Shown here piece by piece: positions 40,572 to 53,451 of a DNA stretch of 53,451 bases. Position 1 is the first letter of the stretch. Each line of letters opens with the position of its first letter. The notes beneath the pieces are model-generated. The model was not told the DNA's origin. It worked only from the letters and a program-made list of their open reading frames with translations, and made no database searches. Made by a program: the position numbers and the translations under genes. Source of the DNA: Intoshia linei. Taxonomy: Eukaryota; Animalia; Orthonectida. The DNA is taken from positions 1-53,451 of the forward strand of contig LWCA01000114.1 of the NCBI GenBank assembly GCA_001642005.1. Direction: 5' to 3'.

Positions 40572-41551
40572 GTGTGAATAACAATCTAACAAAGAGCGTC
40601 AACCATAAATCTGTTGCAGATATGGTTATGTCTGACCCAAATAAGGTGGATCTTTTAATTGCTGACCCATGTACTTATAATACTCTAAGAATCCATAATA
40701 TAACAAAGTATTATGATTACGAATTTATTCAAGACATTACATGCCCAAGAGAAATATGTATTCACTATATGGATAGAGACAAGGTATTTTTGTTTTTTAT
40801 TTACTATGTATGTATATTGATACTTTTAAATTTAGTTTGGTAGTTTTATTTTAATGTATTTTAAACTATCTGTTATGTAGTTTTTACAAACAGTAGCTGC
40901 CAGCTTCTGCTGTCAAGGGGTATAGTTTAATTAATATAAACGGAAAATAGGAAAAAACACTAAAATAAATAATAAAATTACAGATTGACGGCAAGTTTTA
41001 TTATAGATTTTTTATTTTTCCCGGTAGAGTATTGATAAAATATAAAACTACGTTTTTGTCCGGGATATGTTAATTATGAGGTTCAAATTTTTTATATGAT
41101 TGAACTGTAATAAAATAGTAATGATTGTTTTAAATTCCAGAACTGTGCTTTTATTTTCGTTTTACAAAATAATGTGTAATAAAATTGTAATTTGTGTTTT
41201 TTTATATTGATGTAAATTTTCCAGATTGGTTTTTATATCTCTGGAATTGTTTTTTAAATAAATTTGAACATACACATTCAATTTTTATAAGTAGGAAACT
41301 GTTATACTATAACAGTATAATGCTATAATCTATAATTATAGATTTAATATATTGTAATATATTAAAATGTTACATTTTAGGAATCAAGATGTAGTCAAAA
41401 TGATGATTTATCAAATATAACTTCAAACTCTTCAAAATTTTCCAAAGAACCTAAATCATTATCGGAAATTGAAGAAGCTATTAGAACGTATAAAATTGGG
41501 AGCAATAAAAAACAACTTTTGAAAACAAAATACAATATTAATGATTTGTAA
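40572..41551 (+). CDS. Hypothetical protein, last two exons; 5' exons unresolved
   Basis: Exons 40572-40783 and 41381-41551 have canonical splice sites, join in phase 0 and end in TAA. No family recognised. Confidence 0.5.
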
Positions 41552-41899
41552 CTTTCTGTTTCATATTTTTAAAATCAATAGCATTTTGTAATTTTATTAA
41601 CCATTTCATTCAATATAAGATAAATATATTATTTCAAATCTTTTCTTATTTATTCTTCTACGTAATGTGACATATGGATGTGTAAATGCTGTTCTTTTAA
41701 ATTAATAGAGTTGATAGGTTTGTACGGTTTGCAACCGTAAAATTCGAAACAAAATATACAAAGAGTTGATATTTTTATATTTTTTGAAAAATTAGAAAAA
41801 TATTAAAAAAATAAAATATTTAATATTTTCGAGTGTTAAATTTCTTAATAATTGCTAAATTAATTTTTAATTTGTAAATATGAGCACAATTATATATTC

Positions 41900-42347
41900 A
41901 GATTCAGAAAAGATTATTCACTTGAGAATCACTTATCGAAATATTTGCATAAATGTTTAAATCCATTTTAAATTTAAATACATAACTGGCATATTTAAAT
42001 TTGCCTAGTAAATAAATCTAGATTAAATTTAAATAGCGTTTACAGCTGAAATTTTATGAGAAATTAATTATATTTTAGTTATATTCACTTGTAAGCGAAT
42101 ATTTGCATAAATGTTTAAATCAATTTAAATTTTAAGTACATATAACTTTGGCATATTTAAATTTGCCTTGTAAATAAATTTATAGATTAAATTTATATAG
42201 CGGCTACATTTAAAATTTTGACAAATTATTCATATCTTAGTTACATTAATTTAAAAAAAATGTGTGGTTGTTATAAATTTTAGCCCGAGTGATCTCGATT
42301 AGCTAGAGTCGCCACTGGTTTGTACGAAGCACATAACGGTCAAGCCA
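41900..42347 (+). repeat. Two ~157-bp tandem units followed by a degenerate Helitron 3' end
   Basis: ATATTTGCATAAATGTTTAAATC at ~41940 and ~42098. TGTACGAAGCACA hairpin at 42321. Confidence 0.55.
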
Positions 42348-42622
42348 TATAAGATAAACAGATTACATGAAATTTTGTCATATATTCATATATTGCCTGG
42401 GCCCTGTTCATCATTTGTAACAGTAGTCTTCGACACAAAGTATATATAAAACTTTTTTTGAAATATGTTAACATCAAAAAAAATTTTCATTTTCATATTT
42501 TTTTCATAATGTATGTTCACATTTATGTAAATACTGTGTAATAAAGATTAAATAGCTATTCATATTATCGTATTAGTACTGTATTCTATTTGGGAACAAT
42601 TTTCATTTATTAGTAGTCATAA

Positions 42623-45600
42623 ATGAATAAGTGCTTTTGTTTTTTAGGCATTTGTGCTGCAACATGCTTCTTCATCTTTCTTTTTTTAATTATAACTGGT
42701 TCGGTATTGGACAGCAATAAATATTTAAAGAACTTAGTTTTATCTGAAATGAAGAAGGTAATTTATTTTAATATTTAAGGTTAAATAGTGTGTGCAACAC
42801 AAATAAAAATTGGTATTTAAAAAAGCCTTTAAGAATGTATTCAAGTATAAAGCAGATCATGAAAATGGATTCATTTGACATTTTAGGGAGAGATTTGAGA
42901 GTATAGTTATTTTATAAAAAAATAACATTAAAAACAATAAGGGGTCAAAATGTATCCCTATAAAATATATCAGTCGAAAATGGGGTGAGTATAATTTTCT
43001 AAGGACTTTGCGAGATATTTTGTATTAATTATGTATTACACACTGCTTCTCAAATTAATTAATTAATTTAATTACTAAACGTTCCAGACTTTTCTCTCTT
43101 TTTTGATTTTATTCAATTTTTGAATGATAGTTAAAAATTTCGTGTTCATCTAATTTTGTATAGAAACGTAATGGAGCGTCCCGGTGCACGGTTTAGTAAC
43201 CACTGTGTTATATACTTTAATTATTAAATGTAATGTAAATATTAACCCTATTTTTAAATTAGTATATTTTCTTCTTCCAATTTCAATTTCAATTTCTAAT
43301 CTTTCCAATTCACATTTGCTTTGATCATATGATCTTGCCAAATTATTTTTATTACTTTACAATTGGCAAAAATGTGTATAAAATTGCAATTTAAATAATA
43401 TTAATTAAGATTTAATGAGATGGATGGGCTTGATGATTTAGTACAACATTTGTTATATTCGGAGTCCGAATTTCTGACTTGCATTCGTTAAATTTAGACG
43501 TAAATCTCCATTTAATTCCAAATTAAGCGCATTTAATATATTTAAAAGGCATTTTTCCTTTAAGGGTTGGTAAAATTGAATATTTTCGTTTAGGATTGGA
43601 TTAAGAGGTATTTTCTCGCATGGTTTGGTAAAATCGAAATTTTCAAAAAATATAGAAAAAGGGATTTCTCCCTTAAGGGTTGATAAACCTCGATTTTTTC
43701 AAACCTTACACATTTCTTTATCATTTTTATATTCATACTAACAAAGTTATATTACTTTTAGTAATCGTTGTTGTAGTTTTAATTTAAATTTTATACAAAA
43801 TGTTTTGAAAATGAGAATTTTAGATTTAAAAAGATTGCGTAGCAATGAAAAAAAACCCGAAGGAATGAATTATATAGATTTTTACCCATAATTCTTTATT
43901 GGAAATGAATAGACGCTCAATGTACATTTTTTTTGAAATTGTAGGATCAATATTTACATTTTCAATTTTTATTTTAATCGAAATATTTTAAAAATATTGG
44001 TTGATAATATATTAAAAATTATTTTCACAGGGAATGCGTAGAAAATCCGGGGTTGAACTTTTGTATTTATATCAACTGGAATAAGCTCTATCAGAATGAT
44101 CCTTTTTTCAAATTTTCGGACCGTTAATTATTTCATATTTTTATTTTAATAAAATATTTCGGAAAAAAAATATATGAATACTAAAATGCTTTTTTGACCA
44201 TGAAGAAATTTTTTTAAATTCTAGGGCTGTTTTCATAAAAAAAAAGGTAATTTGGGGTTTNCGTTAATTATTTCATATTTTTATTTTAATAAAATATTTC
44301 GGAAAAAAAATATATGAATACTAAAATGCTTTTTTGACCGTGAAGACGTAGCTTATTCAGATTGAAATTTTTTGTGTGTGTTAATAGGATACAACTATAC
44401 TACCTGTATTTTGTTTTAAATTCTAGGGCTGTTTTCATTAAAAAAAAGAATAATTTGTGGTTTTGGCACTGAAGATATATTTTTTTTAAATTTAAATTTA
44501 TGATAATGTTTATGATTTTAAAATCCGTATCAAAGTATATATTATTTTAAATTCTCCAACTCGTTTGATTTTCAAAAAAAGGACAATTGGGGTTTTTGAC
44601 CCATAAGATGTGAGTTTGGGAGGTTGAAATTTATTTTGATAACACCCGGAAAAAAAACTGTAATTTAAATGTGGACTTTATATAATTCTAACACTGGTAG
44701 TTATTGAAATAAACGGTAACACACATACAAACATATATTGCATAACATATTATGTAATTAAGGATTTTAAGGATCTGATAGTTATATCATCACTAAGACA
44801 ACAACGAAATTTTTGTAACATAGCCCATTGGGCCTTTATTATTATCAAATTGAGCATTTTAAAATAATTTATTTTTGAATATCAACTATTTTTTGAATCA
44901 AATTTAAACTATAATTCTAAATCGGTAGAGAAGCTCTGGCTAAATGACGGTATGCATGTTTGTGAAAATTTAAATTTTTAAGTGAGTTTCAAGTATGGTA
45001 GGTTCGGCTTTGATCGGTGTTACACATATAATTATTGAGAATTCAAAAATTTATGTTGTTATCTCATAAATTGCATCTTCGCTTTTTGTCATAATCAAAT
45101 AATTAATCTAAATTTTAGACTATAAAAAGTGGTGATTTAGGATTTTATTAGAGGTCCATAAATATTTTTTATTAAAATAAGGGTAGTGGAGTATTAAATT
45201 TAAGAACCACTTATACATACAATAATATTGAAATAATTAGAAACTCGTTACCAACAAAAATTCAGAAACATACAATTATTGGATTGAATCTCCTTTGCCA
45301 GCTTACGCATATTTTTCGTTTTATAATATTACAAACGTGGATGAAATCTATCAAGGAAAAAAACCCAGATTACAAGAAGTTGGTCCAATTGTTTATCGGT
45401 TTTTTATAAAATTAATGAATCATTATTTCTACAATTTAATACTAATTTAGAAAAGATAAAATAAAGGAAAATGTTGTATTCCATTCGAATGGAACAGTAA
45501 GTTATAATGTTAGAATTAGATATCATTTAATGGAAAAAATGTCAAAACTAAATGAGGACGAAGAAATCATTATTATTGATCTGTTAAGTGCTGTAATTTT

Positions 45601-48600
45601 ATTTAATATCTTAATATTTAAACATACTCGAATGGTATCTATTTTTTCATTTTTTATTATATTATTATAAACTGGTTACTTTTACTTTTCTTATTAATAT
45701 TGATTACGTGATACATTTTTCGAGAAAATGCAATTTAATACATTTTAAAAAAGCCTATAACTATAATGAATATATTATTAGAGCACTCAATTACAACTTT
45801 ATTGATTTAATTGAAAATTATAAAAAAAATTAAAAATGTTGTTCACTGTTCACTGTTTAAAATACTCAACGTTCATATAAAAAAGTTATTTTTTATATAA
45901 ATTTCCAACTGTTAGAGTTAGACTAAAATTTTTTAAAATTGTCATGTTCATATTACACATAATTCATATTGAACGATTTATATAAATGACAGAATGGACT
46001 GATTATAGACTATATTAATTATATAATGACTGTATTTAATTTATCAACTAACTAACTAAAATTTGAAATGAGACAAAAGTACATATACTTATCAGTGATA
46101 TGTATGATAAATTATAACTAGGGTAGTTTTTTATGGCAAAATGCCATTTTTTATGATATTTTTAATCAGCACAAAATTACAAGCATCATGATATCAATAT
46201 CATGTTTATTAATTAGCTAATTAACAATTTATAAAGGCAATTAAATGCCATAAAGTAAGCTTTTTTTAAATGCCATAAAGTCAATATTTTTTTTAAAGGA
46301 TATTCAACTTAAAAAAGGATATTTATGATATAATGAAGAATAAAATTGAACAAATACCACCTTAATCTATACAATTTATTAAGAAAAGCGGCATCTATTA
46401 TAAAGGGTGTTGAGGGGAGTTTCAGTTTGTTAAAAAAATGGCTAACTAAACAGAAACAATTTATACCAGATAATGTTAAGAAGTATATTATGTTATAGAT
46501 TATATTATGTACTACAATACACATTAATAATTTTCAACATCACACAATGAAATTTACATCGTTTGCAGTTCCTTGTTATTCATATTTATTATTACACGCA
46601 TAAATATTCATTATTTTAAGTTTTATTCATATTAATTTATTATGTAAAGTGACCGACACCATCATGATCGAGCCTATGCGAATATTAAAACTAAGGTGTA
46701 TTAAATATTGTATTAATTTAATTTAAGGAATACGAAAGGAAGGTTTGGGGTACCGTAGATTCAGTTGGTGTTAACCATAGAAACAAACAAAAATTTTAAG
46801 GTCAGATAAAGTCAGTAAATTTAATTTTTAGATCAGTTTTTTTGTTATTCTATAGGTTAATAAAAAATTGCCCTAACTATAACTGATAATTTTTATTGAG
46901 AAATGCACAATCAACATCAATTTGTGTTGAAAGTATATTCAGTTAATTAAATAAATTCCTCACAAAACAAAGACATTTTTATCGTGATAATATCAAAAAA
47001 TATTTACTTTTATACCACAATAAATACTGATTTACATAATTAAATTATAGTTTTTATTCGACATTTAGCTTAATTATATGTTAAAAATATTTGTAAGTTA
47101 AATGTTTTTTTAATGGACTAACAAAAAGTTTGCCCTAATGATAGCATACAATGATGCATGTTTGATATACAAATGTACATTGTACATTGTATATCATAAA
47201 ATTGTGAAAAATTTTAGTTTTAAATCCTAAAAATTCCCAAAATCCAAATTTATTTTGAAATAAATTTCACAAAATACTCTAAACTTAACAAAGTACCACA
47301 GAAACTGAATTTTTTCCAAAGGAGGTTATATTATACTGTAATAAAGTTCGACCATGTTTGGCTTATTTTTCAAAAATTAATAAATATAGTATATAAAAAT
47401 AAATTTCTTAAGCCGGACTGTATTATTAAATTTTATATATTTAACTTTTATAAAGGTATTATTATCCAAGGCTCATTATGATGAATCATTACAATTTAAG
47501 ATTAGTCGGATATTTGCATGGCCATTCTATTCCAAATTTTTTGTCAAATTTAGTGTAAAAGAATACTTGTGGGGTTATGAACACAAAGTTATAGAAAGAG
47601 TAAATTACTGGTTTTCAACTAAATATCCAACAAAATATGGAATTTATTATAAGGTAATTATGATAAATGTATAACTATGTTTATATATGTCATTAACTAT
47701 GTTTGTGTATGTTAGCGCAATATTTTGTACATTAAATTATGTTAACTACATTATGGGATACGCCCATTGGGCGTGTTTAACATGCAATTAATCTTAGACA
47801 TTTATATTTTGAGCAAATTTATCTTTTGTATATTTCATGTATAAAAACAATCAAAAATGTTTAAGGGTTAAGATAAAATAAATTCAATGTTCGTCATCTA
47901 CAAACCATAGTTTATCCCATGAAATAATTTATACATGTGCTTGGTAATTAATTAAATATTAATTATATTATATATTTGCATCTTTAGAAAAATGACACTT
48001 TATCACCACGATTTGAAGAATGGACAGGTTACACTGGAAACACTGGAAAATTGGTTTCTTATAATAACAAAAGGTTTATTGATTACTTCATTCTAAGATT
48101 TAAGGATGCTTTTATTTTATTACATGTTACTTATTTCGAAATATAATTTTCATAGCGTAGTAAAAGTTGATAAAATTTGAACAAAAAACTTAAAAAGACA
48201 TAATGTAGGCCACCACCAAATTGGTCATGTCATTTTTTATATACTTATTCTTCAACATACATTCTTGTACCATATCGTCTGTTTTGTACTGCGTAAAAAC
48301 AGCAACAGCATATAGTTGCGTTTGTAATTTAAATATAAAAATTACACCAATAAATTATTTTTTTATTAAATTTTAATAGTTTATTCTGTATATAATTTGA
48401 TTTTGATTTAGTACTTTACCTTATTGGAATAATGAATCTAGCAATATGATAAATGGTACAGTGGGTGTAAATTGGAACCCCGATATAAAAGCTAACGATA
48501 CATTATACATATTTTCCCCTGAATTAGGACGATCTCTTCCAATGATTGTATATAAAAATTCAAGTATTCACGAAATTCCTACTTACAGATTTGTAAATTT

Positions 48601-51208
48601 ATATTGATATGATGATGCATCGAACATATTTAGACAGTTGATGATTATGCGTTTGAATTACCCGATGTAGTTCCATCAAATGAAGGTTTTTGTTTACCAA
48701 ATTGTTTAATAACCAAAAACAAAAAATATACAAATTTGATTGAATGTTGTTTGGGCAGAGGAGCTCTCAACTTGATAAGTTTTAACAGTAATTATTTTTA
48801 TTTACAATAAAATGTGCACTGAAAATTCTATCATATACATTTGATTTATATTTGATAAGGTAGATAAAAATAAATTATTAATAAATCTGATTGCCATTTT
48901 CGTTGTGAGAATTTAAATGACGCCAAATTTATTTTGCGTGAATCTAATATTAATATAGTGCTGGAAATTATTATAACGGGAACTCATTTCTACGGTGCAG
49001 AAGGCTTTTTGAAACACCTTGATGGTATCAAGAAACCTAATAAAGATGATGACATGACTTGGATTGAAGTGGAACCAGTATAGTTTTAATTAATATAATT
49101 TTTAAAATTAGCATCTACTGTTAACCAGTTTTCGTAAAAAGAGTTTTGTGTGAATTTAAATTTTACTATTTTTTGAGATTTATTATTCAATCATGAAATT
49201 AGTATCAAAATTTTAGAAAGTGTAATCAATATAATTTTATAATATATAGTAATTGAGAGTTCGCCAAATAGGTGAGTGAGATAGTTTATAAATTTTTAAA
49301 CGGATTGTTTTTAAACAGTGTTATTGTAAATTACTACAAACACTAAAAATATTGACATGTGGGTGGGGCTGTTTAATGCAACAAAAATTCAAAAATTAAG
49401 TTTATTCCTATGACCTCTATATTAGTATAATATTATGCATTATTAAGAAATTAAACAATATTTTTTCATCGAAAATTGTATTGTATCGTATAGTGACACC
49501 GAAAAAATTTTTGGAAATTTTTAAAGTGACTTATAATGCTGTAAATGCGATTTTCAGATGTTTCTTCAAATTCAATTTTTAGAGTTTCATTTGTTATATT
49601 TATTTTTTAATTTTTATTTTAAATAAATAAATGTTTTGTACAAAATTTTTATGTATAGTAATTTTAGATTACAGGAAAAGCATTTTGTGGAAGAAAAAAA
49701 TTACAAACAAATTTTTTTATTAGATCTACCGAAATGCTCACCGACGTGTATTTTTTGAAAAGTTTATAAACAGATATTTAATTTTCAAATATTTACTTTC
49801 TTTACATGACCAAAATAGTATTTTTTAAAGGTTATAAAACTCTTTAATAATTATTATAATCAATGGCAGTTTTAATTTTTTTAAAAATATTCAGATCCAC
49901 ATGAATAATTACATAACTCTATACAATCCGAGTATAATGATCAGTAAGTTAATAAGTTAAGTCAAAACTATTAACTTTAAATATTCAGTACCTTGGGTTT
50001 GGGGTGAGAGGTATTATAGTTGTGGAAGATCACATTTGTATCGTATATATATAATATGGTCGATCACCAGAAATTAATTTTGTCTATATGTTTGATACAG
50101 ATGTCAAAAATTTCATCAGAATATTTATGTTTTTATTAACAATGTTAATGTAAGTAAAATTAAAACTTGCGATGGTATATATCATAGTATATATGTTACA
50201 GGCAAAATTCAAATCCAGGCAAAATTTGAATATTTGAAAATTGCCTGGATTTGAATTTTTCCGGCGTGCAGCAAACAATTTTCAAATTATAAACGTTGTA
50301 TTTAATTTCAATTGATGTAAAACATTAAGCGTTGATAAATATTGGGAATATTATGAAAGACTGATAAAATTACAAAATAATGTAAATGAACCCAGAATAA
50401 AAAATGATTGCAAATTTCAAGCAATTTTTAAATTTGAAAATTGCCTGTAACATATATAAGCATTGAATTGAATGATTAGTCAAGTTTTATCAAATATCAA
50501 ATATAGTCACATGCATATATGATAAACGGTCACGATTTGGCCAATTAGAAATATATAATACAATATATTTGAACATCTCAATATTAACGAAAAATATTAT
50601 TTAAAAAATTTATAAATAATTAAAATGTATATTAGAGGAAACGATGACAAAAAAATGTTGAGCAATTATCCATTTCCATTATTTCATGTTGAAGAGGTAG
50701 GTATACATGTTACCGTCCGTTTATTGTTTAACATAGTTGTGAATTTCACCCATTAGCCAAGTTATCTCAGTTAAAATTAATTCTCAAAATTACGAATTTT
50801 CGTAGAATTTAGTCAACACCAATTTTTACATATTCATCAACCATGTAAATGTTTTTTACCTTAAATAAGTAAATAAATTAAATAATGATACATGTATTAA
50901 TAATAGTACCTAAGAAAATTGTATTGTCAATGATGAATCATTAATGTTTAAATGTTAGACATTTAAAATGGTAAAAGGACGGTTGCATATAAAAAAATAA
51001 ATATAAATAATTGAAATAAAAAGTATTATAGACTACTTGCATCGATGAAAAAGGAGCAACGTATTTAAAAGAAAATTTATTTAAATATTTGAAATTGTCC
51101 GAAAAGATTCCACGTTACATTACGTATAGTTCAATATTGTTTGCCATTATCTTTCTTTTATTATGCCTTATAATCATAAAACAATTTTTAAATGAACGAA
51201 ATGAATAA
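42623..51208 (+). CDS. CD36/scavenger receptor class B family protein (SR-B1/LIMP-2-like), about 11 exons
   Basis: N- and C-terminal TM helices. Motifs WIESPLPAYAYFSFYNITN..GKKPRLQEVGPIVYR, NGTVSY, VKEYLWGYE, YW..MINGT, HFYGA and IEVEPITG..KKLQTN. Stop 51206-51208. Confidence 0.92.
43925..44775 (-). mobile_element. Helitron family copy in CD36 intron 1 (contains an N join at 44261)
   Basis: Reverse complement of ~5948-6625. Confidence 0.7.
46119..46875. mobile_element. hAT-type MITE, second copy of 30092-30786 in inverted orientation
   Basis: TAGGGTAGTTTTT ... AAAAAATTGCCCTA, TSD ATTATAAC/ACTATAAC. Confidence 0.85.
50194..50452. mobile_element. MITE with TGTT...AACA termini, Ginger-like
   Basis: TATA|TGTTACAGGCAAAATTCAAAT ... 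ATTTGAAAATTGCCTGTAACA|TATA, with internal repeats of the TIR motif. Confidence 0.6.
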
Positions 51209-51917
51209 AATTTTAAACAAATTTATATTTTCAAATTTGTTATTTATGTATTATACAATGTCACGACATATCGAAATGGTTTATCGTTTATTCACTATTC
51301 TGAATCTTTAATTATTAATCCAAATAATTAGTTATTACATACAAAATAGAATAATTAATAATATTTTAATTTAATATTATTGTTAAAAAAAGTTTATTTC
51401 CATTTTATTTAAAATTTTTCTTGTTGATCACCTAGAATTTCCTGTGGACCACTGATTTAGATATTGAATATCAGATATGGATATATCTTTTTGACTATAA
51501 ATACCTTACAGACAACAGATAAGATCGATAATTATCTATCTTATCTCAAACTTTATTTATTTTATTATGTGTAATATTGTTTTTACATTATTTTAATTAC
51601 ATTGTTGGAATCTATAATTGTATTATTAAAATTTGTTATTATATTATTGGAATGCACTGTAAATGAATAATATTAGAAATCTCTGGGGTATATGATATTG
51701 GGATATCCAAATTACTATTGGATTATTTATCAAGGTGTATTTTGAAATATTGTAGTTAAATTAAATTTTCTGATTAATTTATGTATATGCAATACATGCT
51801 ACCATATTATGTTTACTTTAACATTCAATTATGGAATATTACCATAGGCTCATATATTAAACACATGAATTTATTTATTAACTGTTATTTAGTTATTACT
51901 TAATACATTTGATAAAA

Positions 51918-52177
51918 ATGAGAATTGATGATAAATTGACAATAATATGCATTGTTTATAATATTAAAATATTGTTTTCAAAACTGAATCCGTTGATACT
52001 TGGTATTAATGATAATTAGCCTTGATTTATATTATTTTTAGTCCCAGGGTTAGGTGGTACTCAATTGGAAGTCAAAGATACAACCGTAACTGAATCAAAG
52101 AGAGAATGGAAACTATTATGGATAAAATTATCAAAAATTACACCTATGAATATAGCAGAAACTGCTAAATACTTAAC
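51918..52177 (+). CDS. LCAT / group XV phospholipase A2 family, first exons (gene probably continues beyond the window)
   Basis: Exons 51918-52002 and 52042-52177 give KLNPLILVPGLGGTQLEVK...WKLLWIKL, matching the PVxLVPGxxGxQLE...xW N-terminal signature. Confidence 0.75.
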
Positions 52178-52534
52178 GTATATAAATATTATTAAGTGCA
52201 TTGTACATTGCATAATATCATTTACATAATCATTATTATAACTATCATTATTGTCATTATTACACTTAAATAAAATAAATAATAATGTATCTATACAAGT
52301 GATTGCAATATTTTATAGCAATTACTCTCTTTCTAAAATTATATTAAAGATATAAATATAAGATATATACCAGTGGGCATATCTGGGTGGCCCTTTTTCC
52401 ATAAGAAAGGTTTTTGAGACGCACATCATACATATCCAATTTTCTATACGCTATATAATTAATATGATGTCATAGTTACTCTAAATAAAAATTATTATAG
52501 GATTACTATTATTTTTGAATGTAGGAGTACTAAC

Positions 52535-52757
52535 TAGTGTGTTCAACTTTTGTAAAAAGTACCGAGTTATTTATTAAATACTTAGTTTTACTTTTACTGA
52601 GTTTTTTTAGTTTTTAAACTCAGTATTTTTAAAAATTATTAATTTTTCCAATCAGACTGGTTTTTCAATTGAGTTTTACTGTACTGAGTTTTTATTTTTG
52701 AAAACTAGGTACTTAGTACTTACTGAGTTTCTAAAATAACTAAATTTCAACACACTA
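52535..52757. mobile_element. hAT-type MITE with ACTGAGT subterminal repeats
   Basis: TAGTGTGTT...AACACACTA termini, degenerate 8-bp TSD GTACTAAC/ATACCAAC. Confidence 0.65.
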
Positions 52758-52825
52758 ATACCAACTAAAAAGTATGTTTGGAACCGCTGTGTTAGAACGA
52801 CATAATCATCGATATTATATATCTA

Positions 52826-52958
52826 CAGAGTTTCTCATAAATATAAATTTATTTTTCAACAATTTCATATTATAACTTCGAATATTAATTACATTTACTA
52901 ATATTTACTTAAAAATTTATATTGTTGAAATATAAATTTATATTCATGAGAAACTCTG
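52826..52958. mobile_element. Tc1/mariner-type palindromic MITE
   Basis: TA|CAGAGTTTCTCATAAATATAAATTTA ... TAAATTTATATTCATGAGAAACTCTG|TA, arms about 38 bp. Confidence 0.75.
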
Positions 52959-53211
52959 TAGTATATTGAGTATACTGTATATCTGAGTATACTTATGACT
53001 GATAGTTATTTACATGTACAATGTACATTAGGGTGTCACACCCTGTAGCGTTGCTATAGCTCTTATGTACATATCTGACTTTATTTATACTCTTATTTAC
53101 ACAAATTAGACAACCGCACTTTTACAAATAGATTCTGTGAACAACTTAAATTTATAATTTTTGTATACCAATAAATTAATTATTATATCTCATTACAATT
53201 ATAAATGTATT

Positions 53212-53451
53212 ATGAGCGATCAACAGATAGATGTAAAACCAACGGCACAAATCACTCAGCCACTCCCACAATTTTCAAAATCGGATTTAAAAACATGGGA
53301 AAAATTAATTGGAATATGGAGTGAGTCCTGTCCAGCAGCACAATCAGACGAGGTTAAAATTATTATTTTTAGTCTCGAACTTAGTTTGCAAGAACTTATA
53401 TTGGAAGACGAAATTCCAGATACTGTTGATAAGCTATTAACTAAAATCAAA
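53212..53451 (+). CDS. Open ORF running off the window, possibly retrotransposon gag-like
   Basis: MSDQQIDVKPTAQITQPLPQFSKSDLKTWEKLIGIW...IPDTVDKLLTKIK, 80 codons without a stop. It does not resemble the expected next LCAT exon. Confidence 0.4.
   Translation, partial: MSDQQIDVKPTAQITQPLPQFSKSDLKTWEKLIGIWSESCPAAQSDEVKIIIFSLELSLQELILEDEIPDTVDKLLTKIK

Noticed and set aside
1-53451. CRISPR arrays, tRNA/rRNA genes, prokaryotic operons or defence systems
   Set aside because: The sequence is spliceosomal-intron-containing eukaryotic DNA; no repeat-spacer array or structural RNA was seen.

Overview
Very AT-rich eukaryotic (animal-type) genomic DNA with many tiny GT-AG introns (about 35-45 nt) and larger introns and spacers full of small transposons. 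The style suggests a compact, fast-evolving invertebrate or parasite genome such as an orthonectid; this is inference only. I assembled these genes by hand: CWF19L2-like splicing factor (+), RPL22 (-, convergent, stop codons 23 bp apart), a giant ~4000-aa single-pass receptor (+, 10059-28837), STK11IP-like LRR protein (-), an unidentified two-exon fragment (+), a CD36/SR-B scavenger receptor (+) and the 5' part of an LCAT/PLA2G15-like lipase (+). The receptor is the standout. It has a signal peptide, four higher-order repeats built from unassigned Cys-rich helical modules, 12 EGF domains (4 with an extra Cys) and 6 truncated 4-Cys EGF-like knots, then a Thr-rich linker, a SEA domain with a GSVKV motif, a TM helix and a short tail. 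A single 7.8-kb exon lacks introns that the flanking repeats share. Mobile DNA includes Helitron, hAT, pogo/Tigger, Tc1, MULE, Kolobok-like and Ginger-like derivatives. Single Ns mark contig joins, some with artefactual duplication. Exon boundaries were read manually and some may be off by a few bases.
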